DNA of 62,788 nucleotides, counting the filler, from Stramenopiles sp. TOSAG23-2 (lineage: Eukaryota): assembly GCA_900128395.1 (NCBI GenBank). It is 9 parts of 9 records of this genome, joined end to end, with 100 filler letters (N's around TTAATTAATTAA, not from the genome) between each part and the next. Parts side by side here need not be neighbours in the genome. Positions count along the whole stretch, not along the records: positions 23,024 to 30,586 come from LT650301.1; positions 30,687 to 38,245 come from LT650302.1; 7 more parts are not named here. One strand, 5' to 3'. The notes below the pieces were generated by a model. That model made no database searches. It was not told where the DNA came from and saw only the letters and a list, made by a program, of their open reading frames with translations. Both the position numbers and the translations under genes were made by a program. Below are positions 23,328 to 32,835 of the stretch, piece after piece (within the stretch, counting starts at the first letter, position 1; each line of letters starts with the position of its first letter).

Positions 23328-25829
23328 TCATCGTTGATAAGAGAAAATTCCACTGGTACTAGGATCAAATGTAATGCCAGTATTAAAATCATTATTTCCA
23401 TAACTATTACTTCCAACTGTGGAGAAAATATCATCATTACCTAAAGACGAGATATCCGAGTTCATAGTAAATGTTTGTCCACCAACAGTAAATGTTGTTG
23501 GTATCGATTCAGGTTTTTTCGTTTCATTTGTAGATTTCTTCTTTCCAGATGATTTCAAAAATCCACCTTTAAAACCAGTTGATTTTTTTTTCTCTGCTTG
23601 TTGTTTTACTGCTGCTGTTTTTAATGGAGTTGGGGGTGGTGATTCATCATTTTTACCTTCTTTCGATTCAACTACACTTCTCTGTTTTTCTGCCTGTTTC
23701 TTCTTTTCTTCGTTTTTTACTACTACTACAGGTTTTTTCTTCTTCATCATCATTTTCTTTTCATCAAATATATCTGGCATCAATTCCCTAAATGCTGGAT
23801 CTGCTTTTAATACACCTTCAACTGCTTGTTTTGCATGTGCCATTTCTTTAATAGACATGATGTTAAATATGATTTGTGCTAAATTTCGTTTTTCTATTGG
23901 TACACTAAATGCTTCTGCCTTCGTCATTGGTTGGGCTAATGTCAATATGGTTAAAGTACGTTCGCCGCCAAAATCTGAAATAACTTTCATGATTGGACGA
24001 CGATAACGTGGTACACGATCTTTGAAATCGGATGTGCTGAAAAATCCATTGCTATTCGTAGATCGGCTTACTTTTTTATCTAATTCAATGCATTCCTTAT
24101 CCCGTATTTGGCAATATATACGTAATGCCGCCAATCGATTTTTAAGTGTATCTTTGATTTCATCAGCTGGTATCCATCCAGGTAATATTTGTCCAGATTC
24201 GCTTTTTTTATTGTCTTTTGTCCAACCAGTCGAAATCTCTAATAAACGTTTTACAACACCTTTGGCAGGAGGTCGTACGTTTGGATCTACAGAACGTGTT
24301 AATGTCTGGTAAACTTTTTCTTCCCATGATAAAACAACCTTTGCCTTGCTTTCCTCGTTTTTGGCAGTTTTTTTGCCACTATTATTGCTTGAATTGTTGC
24401 TACTATGATTGTTATTGCTAAACACAGGAATTTTTTTACCACCTTGTACTGCATCTAAAATAGCATCAATTTCACTTTGTTCGTTTGGAACGGAAAATTC
24501 AAATGACACTTTTGGAATAAATGGCATCCATTCAAATGATGTAGATGCAGTTGGAGAGGATGATTTGAATTTCACACGATATGCAACGTTGCTTAACATT
24601 TCCCCAGTTTTTACAATATCATTGATCAATATATCTCCACTGAAGCATAGACCAATTGGATTTCTACTACCTGCGCTCATCGCACAGTTGGACGTGCCAA
24701 ATAATACAACACGATCACCTTCATCCATACCAGTTGTTAATTTTGCTTTAGTACATAAATGTGGAAATAAAACTACACGCGCAGCATCAAAACCATCGTT
24801 CCATGGTGATGTTGCACATCCACTTGCATGGGAAGTCCATTTCTCATTTAATTTCAGTTCACTTTTCATATTTTCATATGCAGCTTTAAAGACGAAATCA
24901 AATGCTTTATCCCATTCTAATAATGTTTTTTTCGTAATGAAAAAACGTGCGTGGCCACGATCAACAACAATTGCAATGGCTAAATCACTAATTCCTTTCT
25001 CAACGTTTTCACATATAAATAATTTTTTCAAATCTTTGCTTGTGCTACCACCGTTAAATTTTTCAAATGCAACACATGCAATTTGTGGTTGTGATACACA
25101 CATTTTTTTATTGATAACCTGTACTTTCAGTAAAACTGATGCTTTATCAAACGTATTTGGCATTTCAATTTGTGATGGGTCAGATGCTATATATGTTTGA
25201 ATAGCATTCGCAATGTACTTGTTCTTAGCTTCTTCTGAAGTTAACTGTGCAAATCGAGAATATAACGATGGAACGTGCAAAGATCGTGTTTCTGAGTTAT
25301 TTTTGAAACCAATATTAAGCGTTGCACCATCACTTCCAAAGGCACACTTTGATGAATCAACATTTCCTAGTTTCATAGCCTCCAAGACTAAATTTTGTGC
25401 GAATTGACTAACTTCCTCGCGTTTTTTCTCTGTCTCTTTAATTGCTGATTTTATTGTTGCTCGGCCTTTTTGATATGCCTTTGCAGTTGGTTCAAGTTTA
25501 ACAGCTTCATCATATGAAGCTAAAGCATCTTTTAACCTACCATTGGCTTGCAAAGCAGTTGCACGACGTACCCATCCTTTTGCAAATGTAGGATCTATAT
25601 TTACAGTCTCATCAGCATCTGTAAATGCTTCGTCCAATTTGCCAAGTTTATAATGACACAATGAACGGTTACTGTATAATAAAACAATTTGTTTCCTAGC
25701 TTCCTCGTTGGTTTCATATATTTCTTTCGAAGCTTCAATTGCCGTTGTATAATGTTTTATTGCATTTTGATAATCTTGCTTTTTAAAAAATTCCGTACCA
25801 GTTGCTTTTGTTGATAATACAAATTCCAT
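23328..25829 (-). CDS. TPR-domain (STI1/TOM34-type) protein with central DUF1444-like domain
   Basis: KATGTEFFKKQDYQNAIKHYTTAI, LYSNRSLC, DPTFAKGWVRRA. Central LAIAIVVD..ITKKTLLEW..AAYENM..WNDGFDAARVVL. Confidence 0.75.
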   Translation of the reverse strand: MEFVLSTKATGTEFFKKQDYQNAIKHYTTAIEASKEIYETNEEARKQIVLLYSNRSLCHYKLGKLDEAFTDADETVNIDPTFAKGWVRRATALQANGRLKDALASYDEAVKLEPTAKAYQKGRATIKSAIKETEKKREEVSQFAQNLVLEAMKLGNVDSSKCAFGSDGATLNIGFKNNSETRSLHVPSLYSRFAQLTSEEAKNKYIANAIQTYIASDPSQIEMPNTFDKASVLLKVQVINKKMCVSQPQIACVAFEKFNGGSTSKDLKKLFICENVEKGISDLAIAIVVDRGHARFFITKKTLLEWDKAFDFVFKAAYENMKSELKLNEKWTSHASGCATSPWNDGFDAARVVLFPHLCTKAKLTTGMDEGDRVVLFGTSNCAMSAGSRNPIGLCFSGDILINDIVKTGEMLSNVAYRVKFKSSSPTASTSFEWMPFIPKVSFEFSVPNEQSEIDAILDAVQGGKKIPVFSNNNHSSNNSSNNSGKKTAKNEESKAKVVLSWEEKVYQTLTRSVDPNVRPPAKGVVKRLLEISTGWTKDNKKSESGQILPGWIPADEIKDTLKNRLAALRIYCQIRDKECIELDKKVSRSTNSNGFFSTSDFKDRVPRYRRPIMKVISDFGGERTLTILTLAQPMTKAEAFSVPIEKRNLAQIIFNIMSIKEMAHAKQAVEGVLKADPAFRELMPDIFDEKKMMMKKKKPVVVVKNEEKKKQAEKQRSVVESKEGKNDESPPPTPLKTAAVKQQAEKKKSTGFKGGFLKSSGKKKSTNETKKPESIPTTFTVGGQTFTMNSDISSLGNDDIFSTVGSNSYGNNDFNTGITFDPSTSGIFSYQR

Positions 25830-25958
25830 GATAGTTGTTGTTGTATTGACGTGTGTGTTTGTGTATATATATATTAATATATTAATTAACTTCTGGTATC
25901 TATCTATATATATATATTGTAAGAATATCTCTCTTATCTTACATATACCTTTCCTCTT

Positions 25959-26034
25959 NNNNNNNNNNNNNNNNNNNNNNNNNNNNNNNNNNNNNNNNNN
26001 NNNNNNNNNNNNNNNNNNNNNNNNNNNNNNNNNN
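25959..26034. other. Scaffold gap (76 N, no linker) with duplicated flanks
   Basis: 25890-25958 is nearly identical to 26035-26101, so the gap is probably an unmerged overlap. Confidence 0.85.
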
Positions 26035-26576
26035 CTTCTGGTATCTATCTATATATATATTGTAAGAATATATCTCTTATCTTACATATACCTTTCCTCT
26101 TGTTGCATGTCTTTTTAGTACGTATAGTAGTAGATTTAGATTATAAAAAAATATATATACTTTTGTTTGAATGGTTTTCAATGATGTGTGTATGCTATAA
26201 TAGCTGAGCTGGTAATTTTTTAAAATGCAAAAAATAGGCGGCTGTTTTAGTTTACGTTATATTCAAAATTTATAACCTTAATCTTCTCCTGAAAATTATG
26301 AAAATTATGAAAAAAGAAAAAAGAAATTAAAATGGGGTGCAAAAAGGCCAAAATGCCTTTTTTCCAGGCTTATATTATAATACTTCTTTCTTATTCTAGA
26401 TTTCCATATTTTCAACACACACTAGGAATAATTTCAAATAATAATAATAATATTAATATATATTTTAACATGACTATAATTCAATTCACATTTACATTAT
26501 TATATATTATATTTCAAACAAACAAAAGCAAATGATATGAAAACACAAAACTTATCAATAAAGACAAAGGAGCGCA

Positions 26577-27812
26577 ATGACAGATTCGCCCCCCAGTTCA
26601 ACATGGCTGTACATATTAAAACAACAAGAAATGGAAACGTTGCAACCAATGCAAGTTAGACGTGTAAATATACCAACGCATCGTACAAACACAATTCAAC
26701 AGTTTATAAATAATAATAGTGAAGATAATAACAATAGCGATAATTGTTGGTTAGAAATTGATCCACCTGAATTACCAGATAAATTACGTAATATCAAACC
26801 AAAAAGCATTCGTACGATCATTGCTAGTAATAGAAATAATAAGGGTGATGGTGTTAGCAATAGCAATATATCAAAGAAAAGGTCTCTTGAGGATAATGCG
26901 GCTTCTGCTACTACTAACAATAATGCTAAAAAACAAAAATTATTATTAGTACATAAATGGAAAGATTCTATAGACAATATCATATTAAAATTATCCAATC
27001 AACAGGAAAGAGGTAATGGTGCCAATGTAAATAATACAAGCAAAGTAGAAAATATTGTAGAAATAATTCAAGAAGCTGCTAGTCAAAGCATATCTCAAAA
27101 AAATATGAAAAGTATATGCAAAATGCTTCAAGTTCATTTTGGGGAAAATGATGTTAAAATTTTAAATTTTTTCATTTCATTAAGTGATAAAATTGGTGGT
27201 ACAAATTACAATACAATAGTTAATACGATTATGTACCCGCGAGCAATCTCATTAAAGCGCACTGCATCTCGCTCCTTCATGAATGCAATTAATGAAATTC
27301 ATAAAAATGGTTCAAGAGCTTTGCTTACAGGAATTATGATTCCATTAATTACGATAAATATAAAGAATGATAATACAAATCGAGAAGGATCACTACATAT
27401 GAATTCACGCTCACCACAGATTGAATTATTAACTCGTATATTGAAAATTACTACTCCATCAACTGCATTACTGTTCCTTTCTGCATCTTTGACCGAAGTA
27501 GATCAGCAAAAACATAATAAAAAGATGTTACCATGGAATGAATTTACTTTCCCATTGTTGAAAACGTTAATATCAAAGCCATTTGATTTAAATAATGATA
27601 GTAATAGCAATATGTGTAAAAAATTAATTGATAAAATTGAGAAACATTCAAAAGAATTTTCAAAATCGTTGAAATTTGTATCTGTCATAAATGCATTAAT
27701 AGTGAAACACAAAGAGGTAGCAAAGGTATATAAAATCAGTTTAGAAAGAGCTTTGGCGAATACGAACACGTTCTTGAGTAAGACTACTTTAAAATTATTA
27801 AACAAATTGTAA
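26577..27812 (+). CDS. FANCE: Fanconi anemia group E (FANCE) C-terminal-domain protein
   Basis: LKRTASRSF, SPQIELLTRIL, PWNE.TF..L, FSKSLKF...L..KH, L..AL..TNTFL.K match the FANCE C-terminal helical repeats. Confidence 0.75.
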   Translation: MTDSPPSSTWLYILKQQEMETLQPMQVRRVNIPTHRTNTIQQFINNNSEDNNNSDNCWLEIDPPELPDKLRNIKPKSIRTIIASNRNNKGDGVSNSNISKKRSLEDNAASATTNNNAKKQKLLLVHKWKDSIDNIILKLSNQQERGNGANVNNTSKVENIVEIIQEAASQSISQKNMKSICKMLQVHFGENDVKILNFFISLSDKIGGTNYNTIVNTIMYPRAISLKRTASRSFMNAINEIHKNGSRALLTGIMIPLITINIKNDNTNREGSLHMNSRSPQIELLTRILKITTPSTALLFLSASLTEVDQQKHNKKMLPWNEFTFPLLKTLISKPFDLNNDSNSNMCKKLIDKIEKHSKEFSKSLKFVSVINALIVKHKEVAKVYKISLERALANTNTFLSKTTLKLLNKL

Positions 27813-28049
27813 AAGAAGAGCGCGCGCGCGTGTGTGTGTGTAAAATAAATACTTCGTAATCTCGTACTTCTACCCTTGTTCGTAAAATAAACTGTACAAA
27901 ACTGTACACATCTCTCTCCTATTCATATACTTTTTGCAATATTTCCACCAAAATTGCTAAAAAGACGACCCACCCCTCTAAAACGACCTACCCCTCTTTT
28001 CTCTATTTGAAATTTTTGTTGTAATAAAACCTAGTTAAACGTGTGGCAA

Positions 28050-30407
28050 TTATCTTCTATTACTGCTGCTGCTGCTGCTACTACTACTACTAGAGCTTGT
28101 TGAAGTCGCACCTTCATTATTACGGACATTCTTATATGCCTTCAAACCTTCTTTAATTTTCAAAGAATATGGTGATTCAAATTTGTCTGTAAAATACATT
28201 TGCAATTCATCTGCTTCGCAAATATCTTCTAAATATTTCTTGACTTGAGCCTTTCTTGTTCTAATATTAGAAACAAGTCTTGTGGTTTCCTCATCTGTTG
28301 ATACCCCAAGCGCGTCAAAATCTTTAAATTTTTCCAATGAAGCTTGCAACGCATCTGTCCATGCTTCCAAATTATAATGGTTGCATTCCAATAAACTTGC
28401 GTATTGTGACTCTTTTTGAACATAATATTTTGCAACATAAATCCATTTCAAAGCATTTCGTACTTCTTTCAATGTCTTAGTAGCATCAATTAACGATTCA
28501 GACTGTGCATATGCCGTATTTGAAGTTAAATCTTTTTGCCAATCACTAAATATTTTCATTCTATCGTTTGCATGTCCAACACTTGATTCTTGAAAGTTAA
28601 AACGTTCAACGTGAAATTCATATTTCTTCAACGCTTCTTTTTTTGATTCTTCAAAAGTTTTTGCTGCGAACGCAACAGCACTTTCGCCTGTTAATTTCCC
28701 AGATTTTCCTAATTCTTCGTATTTTGTGCATGCGTAGAAACCTCCTGTACCATTTCCATGTTCGCTCCATTTTCCTTTACAAAGCCAGCAAAATTGGTAT
28801 CCGCAACCACCCTTTTCTTTGTAACATGTAACATGCATGCAGCCACCATCTTTCCAAATACGTTTCTTGCATTTAGGGCATGATTTTACATTTTGATCAG
28901 TCCATAAATCAGCACGTGTTTTGCCTTTAAATAATTTTCGTTCCTGGACACTCCACGCTTCTGCATTTTCACAACTCAATGGATTATGATCTTCTTTTAA
29001 GCACCCCCAACAAAATATATGACCACATGGACAATCAATTTTACGAGTTACTGAGTTTATCTTTGGATAATGAAATACTTGTCCACATCCTTTAGGGCAA
29101 TAATTAAAACATTTATTTTCATTGATATATGATTGTAAATAAAACTTTTGAAATGACTTTAAAGATGGTGGTGTAGAAACCGCTTTTACCAAATCTTTTG
29201 TAATAATTTTTTTACATTGTGGCGACGGACAACATGTAAATACACTGTGTGGACCACTTTGAAATTTACTACCAAGATGGTTTTGCCAACAGGATTTACA
29301 ATAGTAATGTTTACAAGACAATGCCGCTGTCAATTCTGTACATGGTAATTTCTTTAATTGAGCATATGTTTTTTCACTTCTTGCTCTATCATTATTATTA
29401 CTAGCGTTGCCATTTATATCTGACAATCTTTTCTTTGCTTTTGCCAAGCCTTTTGCAGGATTTTTAGCCCCTAATTTCTTTAAATGCTTAAAAAAATCGA
29501 CTTGACGATTATTGAACATCTCCCCACACGCATCATTTAATGAATGTCCCCAATTAGGTACGATAAATAATTCTGATATAGCTTCACATAAATGTAATAA
29601 TGTATTCATAGGTGACCAATCAGAATTTAACATCGATAAACAAACTGTACCATCATCAGGACTAATATTTGGATGAAACACTTTTTTCGAATCATCAATA
29701 CATACAACAGATTTAGGTTGTGCAAATGGATATTCACTTACTGGTAATGTTATGGAAAAGCGCGAGACAATGCCGTCCCACATGCCTTTACATTTAACGG
29801 TAATTTCAAAAATAGATATATCTTGTTCATTTGGTAAATTCACTTCGAATTTTTTCATCAATTCTTTAAGTTGCCTGTTAATTGCTTTGACACCTTTCGT
29901 TGGTTGCACCTTTTTACGACGTTTTTTAAGTGGTTGAGATCCAGTAGTTCGAATACCTTCCTTAACAGCTTGTTTTTGCAATAATTTATCAGGGCACCCA
30001 TGGCATATTTCACATATACCTTCACTAATCGACGATATTTCATCATCGAAATGTAAAGGACCGGCCTTTGGTAAACCAGCTTTAGAAACTAAGATATCAC
30101 GATTTTCTTGTATCAATGCATCTGTTGCGCCTCTCCACCAACAATCGATTATATGTTCTGAATTCCAATGATGTGACAATAACAAGGTTGCAGCAAATGA
30201 CTTTGAAACACCGCAACTATCTATTACTCGCTGAATTTCCCTTTCTTTCAAAGATGGTATTTGATCTTCCTTTAATAATTCATATGAGTCTGTACGTTTT
30301 AAACCTTGTGGCTGAAACTTCCCGCCTGTACTACTACTACTGCTTCCGGACTTTGCACCACCACACCAGCACACCACGTGCACAACAACTACAACTCTGG
30401 ACACCAC
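28050..30407 (-). CDS. Ariadne-family RBR E3 ubiquitin ligase with UBC (E2) domain inserted in RING1; 5' end uncertain
   Basis: UBA-like (AATLLLSHHWN). RING1: CEIC...CKHYYCKSC...CPSPQC. IBR: CPKGC..CPCGHIFCWGC..H.P..C. Rcat: CPKC..IWKDGGCMHVTC..C..FCWLC. Ariadne helical domain. UBC: YPFAQP..FHPNI..G.VCL.ML..DWSP. Confidence 0.88.
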   Translation of the reverse strand: MVSRVVVVVHVVCWCGGAKSGSSSSSTGGKFQPQGLKRTDSYELLKEDQIPSLKEREIQRVIDSCGVSKSFAATLLLSHHWNSEHIIDCWWRGATDALIQENRDILVSKAGLPKAGPLHFDDEISSISEGICEICHGCPDKLLQKQAVKEGIRTTGSQPLKKRRKKVQPTKGVKAINRQLKELMKKFEVNLPNEQDISIFEITVKCKGMWDGIVSRFSITLPVSEYPFAQPKSVVCIDDSKKVFHPNISPDDGTVCLSMLNSDWSPMNTLLHLCEAISELFIVPNWGHSLNDACGEMFNNRQVDFFKHLKKLGAKNPAKGLAKAKKRLSDINGNASNNNDRARSEKTYAQLKKLPCTELTAALSCKHYYCKSCWQNHLGSKFQSGPHSVFTCCPSPQCKKIITKDLVKAVSTPPSLKSFQKFYLQSYINENKCFNYCPKGCGQVFHYPKINSVTRKIDCPCGHIFCWGCLKEDHNPLSCENAEAWSVQERKLFKGKTRADLWTDQNVKSCPKCKKRIWKDGGCMHVTCYKEKGGCGYQFCWLCKGKWSEHGNGTGGFYACTKYEELGKSGKLTGESAVAFAAKTFEESKKEALKKYEFHVERFNFQESSVGHANDRMKIFSDWQKDLTSNTAYAQSESLIDATKTLKEVRNALKWIYVAKYYVQKESQYASLLECNHYNLEAWTDALQASLEKFKDFDALGVSTDEETTRLVSNIRTRKAQVKKYLEDICEADELQMYFTDKFESPYSLKIKEGLKAYKNVRNNEGATSTSSSSSSSSSSSSNRR

Positions 30408-30741
30408 AGAAGTAAAAGGTAAAAAAAAAGCTATAAATAATGATGTGCAAATAGAGGTATATGTGTCTCCTCTGATTATTATTAAAATAATGCAATGTAC
30501 AGTATAATCAGTAAAGTATAATGGAATTTAATATTAATATACATAATACACACAACTGCGTATCTCATTTCTAAAATATATAACCTNNNNNNNNNNNNNN
30601 NNNNNNNNNNNNNNNNNNNNNNNNNNNNNNTTAATTAATTAANNNNNNNNNNNNNNNNNNNNNNNNNNNNNNNNNNNNNNNNNNNNTCCGCCATAGTTGA
30701 TAAGTCGTGATTCAAAACATCCCATTGCCTACTAAACGCAC

Positions 30742-32205
30742 CTAATCATCATCATCATCGTCATCGTCATCGTCATCATCTATTATCTTTGCAGCTACTT
30801 TTTGTTTTTTTCGCACTGGTTGTTTAACTATTTCTTCGTCGTCGTCGTCGTCATCATCATCATCATCATCTTCCAATGGCCTTTTTGCTGATTTTGTTGT
30901 GGTGGTAGCAGTAGTCGTCGTAGTAGTAGTTGTTGTGGTGGCTGGCGCTTTTTTCTCTTTATCATCATCCTGTTCTTCATCATCCTCTTCCTCCATAACA
31001 TCTTCCTTTGCTGCGTTTCGTTGTGCTGCACGTTCTGCTCTGGATTGTTTATTGTTGTTGTTGTTACTCAATGTTCTTCCAGCATCCCATTCTTCCTCTT
31101 CGTCGTCGTCATCATCAGATGGAGAATCATTATCTTCTTCCAAATAATTTGCCGATAAAGGGCCACTATTAGCATATTCATCAAACCTATCTACTTTCGA
31201 TCTACGTCTTTGTCGTTCCAATGCTTGTATTTCCTTCTCCTCTGCTTTCCATCTATCTTCATCGTCTTTCTCTGGATCAGTAATTGTCACTGTGCGCTTA
31301 ATTAAGTCTTGTTTACTCTTTTTCTTCGCACGTGATTTTTGTTGTAAACGTACTAATTCTTTATGCGATTTGCTATTTACACTGGATGGTTTCACGGACC
31401 AACGGGATTTTACATAATCACCAGCACATTCAAGGACCGTATCAGCTTCAGCATCAGGTGGTTTGTTCATGACTTGCTTATATACCCAATGTTGATGCTG
31501 CGGTAATGGTTTGACATCGATATCTAAAAGCTCGTTCCCAATTTGTATCGATTTGGTACCATCGCTCCATGATATGATTCTTGCATTACTTTCAGTTACT
31601 TTATTGCCTTTTTCATCCATAGCAATTGTACCATCTTTATTTTTTTTATATCGCCAACGTATAATATTTAAATATCTTTTGTTCCCATGTTCATCCGTAT
31701 TCCATGTAGCATCCGCCGTTTTGTCAAAATTTTCCGAGTCGTATCCTTTTGTTTGTATGCCAACCAATCGACTTGTACGGATCATATTAATATCACCAGA
31801 AATTTCAAAACGTGGTGGCAAAAATAAATTCTCAGTGGGTCTATGAATATTTTTCTTATTTTGTCCTAAATTATTATTTTTACTATCATTTCTTGAGCTA
31901 CTATCATCAACCTCACCAGTACGTGTTTTAACAGTAGATTTGATATCATTATCCTCATCACTATCATCAGAAGAACTGTCATCATCATCGTCGTCATCAC
32001 TACCACTACCAAATAAATCATCCATATCGTCCTCTTTCTTCTCTGTAGTAGTATCAGCCTTTGGTTTAAGTTCACTACTACCACCATTTGTTGTTGTTTG
32101 TTCTACTGCTACTTCTTCATTATCATCATCAGAAGACGAAGAATCATCCGATCCAGAAAATAACGATTCTTCTTTTTCCATTTCTTTTGCTTGCTCTTCC
32201 GCCAT
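30742..32205 (-). CDS. LEO1: RNA polymerase-associated protein LEO1 (Paf1 complex)
   Basis: NIIRWR...ESNARIISWSDGTKSIQIGNE, PSSVNSKSH, DPEK, LSANYLEE; acidic termini. Confidence 0.9.
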   Translation of the reverse strand: MAEEQAKEMEKEESLFSGSDDSSSSDDDNEEVAVEQTTTNGGSSELKPKADTTTEKKEDDMDDLFGSGSDDDDDDDSSSDDSDEDNDIKSTVKTRTGEVDDSSSRNDSKNNNLGQNKKNIHRPTENLFLPPRFEISGDINMIRTSRLVGIQTKGYDSENFDKTADATWNTDEHGNKRYLNIIRWRYKKNKDGTIAMDEKGNKVTESNARIISWSDGTKSIQIGNELLDIDVKPLPQHQHWVYKQVMNKPPDAEADTVLECAGDYVKSRWSVKPSSVNSKSHKELVRLQQKSRAKKKSKQDLIKRTVTITDPEKDDEDRWKAEEKEIQALERQRRRSKVDRFDEYANSGPLSANYLEEDNDSPSDDDDDEEEEWDAGRTLSNNNNNKQSRAERAAQRNAAKEDVMEEEDDEEQDDDKEKKAPATTTTTTTTTTATTTTKSAKRPLEDDDDDDDDDDDEEIVKQPVRKKQKVAAKIIDDDDDDDDDDDD

Positions 32206-32398
32206 GATTATTGGTCTTTTCCTATAAGTACTTTTACTATGTAATATTTTGTTAGTAAATATCCATTCACACTTTCTATTATTATACTATATATATAAGT
32301 ATATATAACATGTACATCATATAATAATAATTATTAATAATCTTATTATTGGTGATCATCAATTTATTCATTTTTTGTTGTTGATTTTTTGGGCACTT

Positions 32399-32460
32399 GG
32401 CATACCAGGCATATACCAGGGCATACCAGCATACCAGGCATATTAATACCAGCATACCAC
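32399..32460. promoter_or_regulatory. Cluster of (C)ATACCA(G) repeats in the LEO1/BRE1 divergent intergenic region
   Basis: ggcataccaggcatataccagggcataccagcataccaggcatattaataccagcataccac. Confidence 0.45.
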
Positions 32461-32835
32461 TTTAACTTTTTTTTGCCGCAGTTTGTGTGGTGGGCGGCAA
32501 TGAATTTTGAATGGAAGAATTTTTTACTATAGTAATAGGTGCTCTGTGCCTACAGTATTATTTATTAGTCTACCTGGTATAAATATAATTTTTAGATAAT
32601 AAATTATTATCATCCATAAAATCTTTTATTTATTAGTTTTTAAAACATAAAATGATATGATAAAACAGAAAAGATCAATGTATATGTAATATCCGTACGA
32701 GATAATTTATAATAACATATAATTCCATACTTAGTGCCAATTAGTATTATTAATACAACGTTTTACCAAAACAACACTTTTAATTCTATTTATAGAAATA
32801 TATATAGTATATAGTATAGTATATATCCTTCAAGA

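Noticed and set aside
23419-25407. Long antisense ORFs (e.g. 23419-24006, 24409-25200; also 43241-44686, 57675-58928)
   Set aside because: They are shadows of real genes on the opposite strand, with no motifs of their own.
25890-26101. Direct repeat flanking the N gap
   Set aside because: Typical unmerged scaffold overlap, not a biological repeat.
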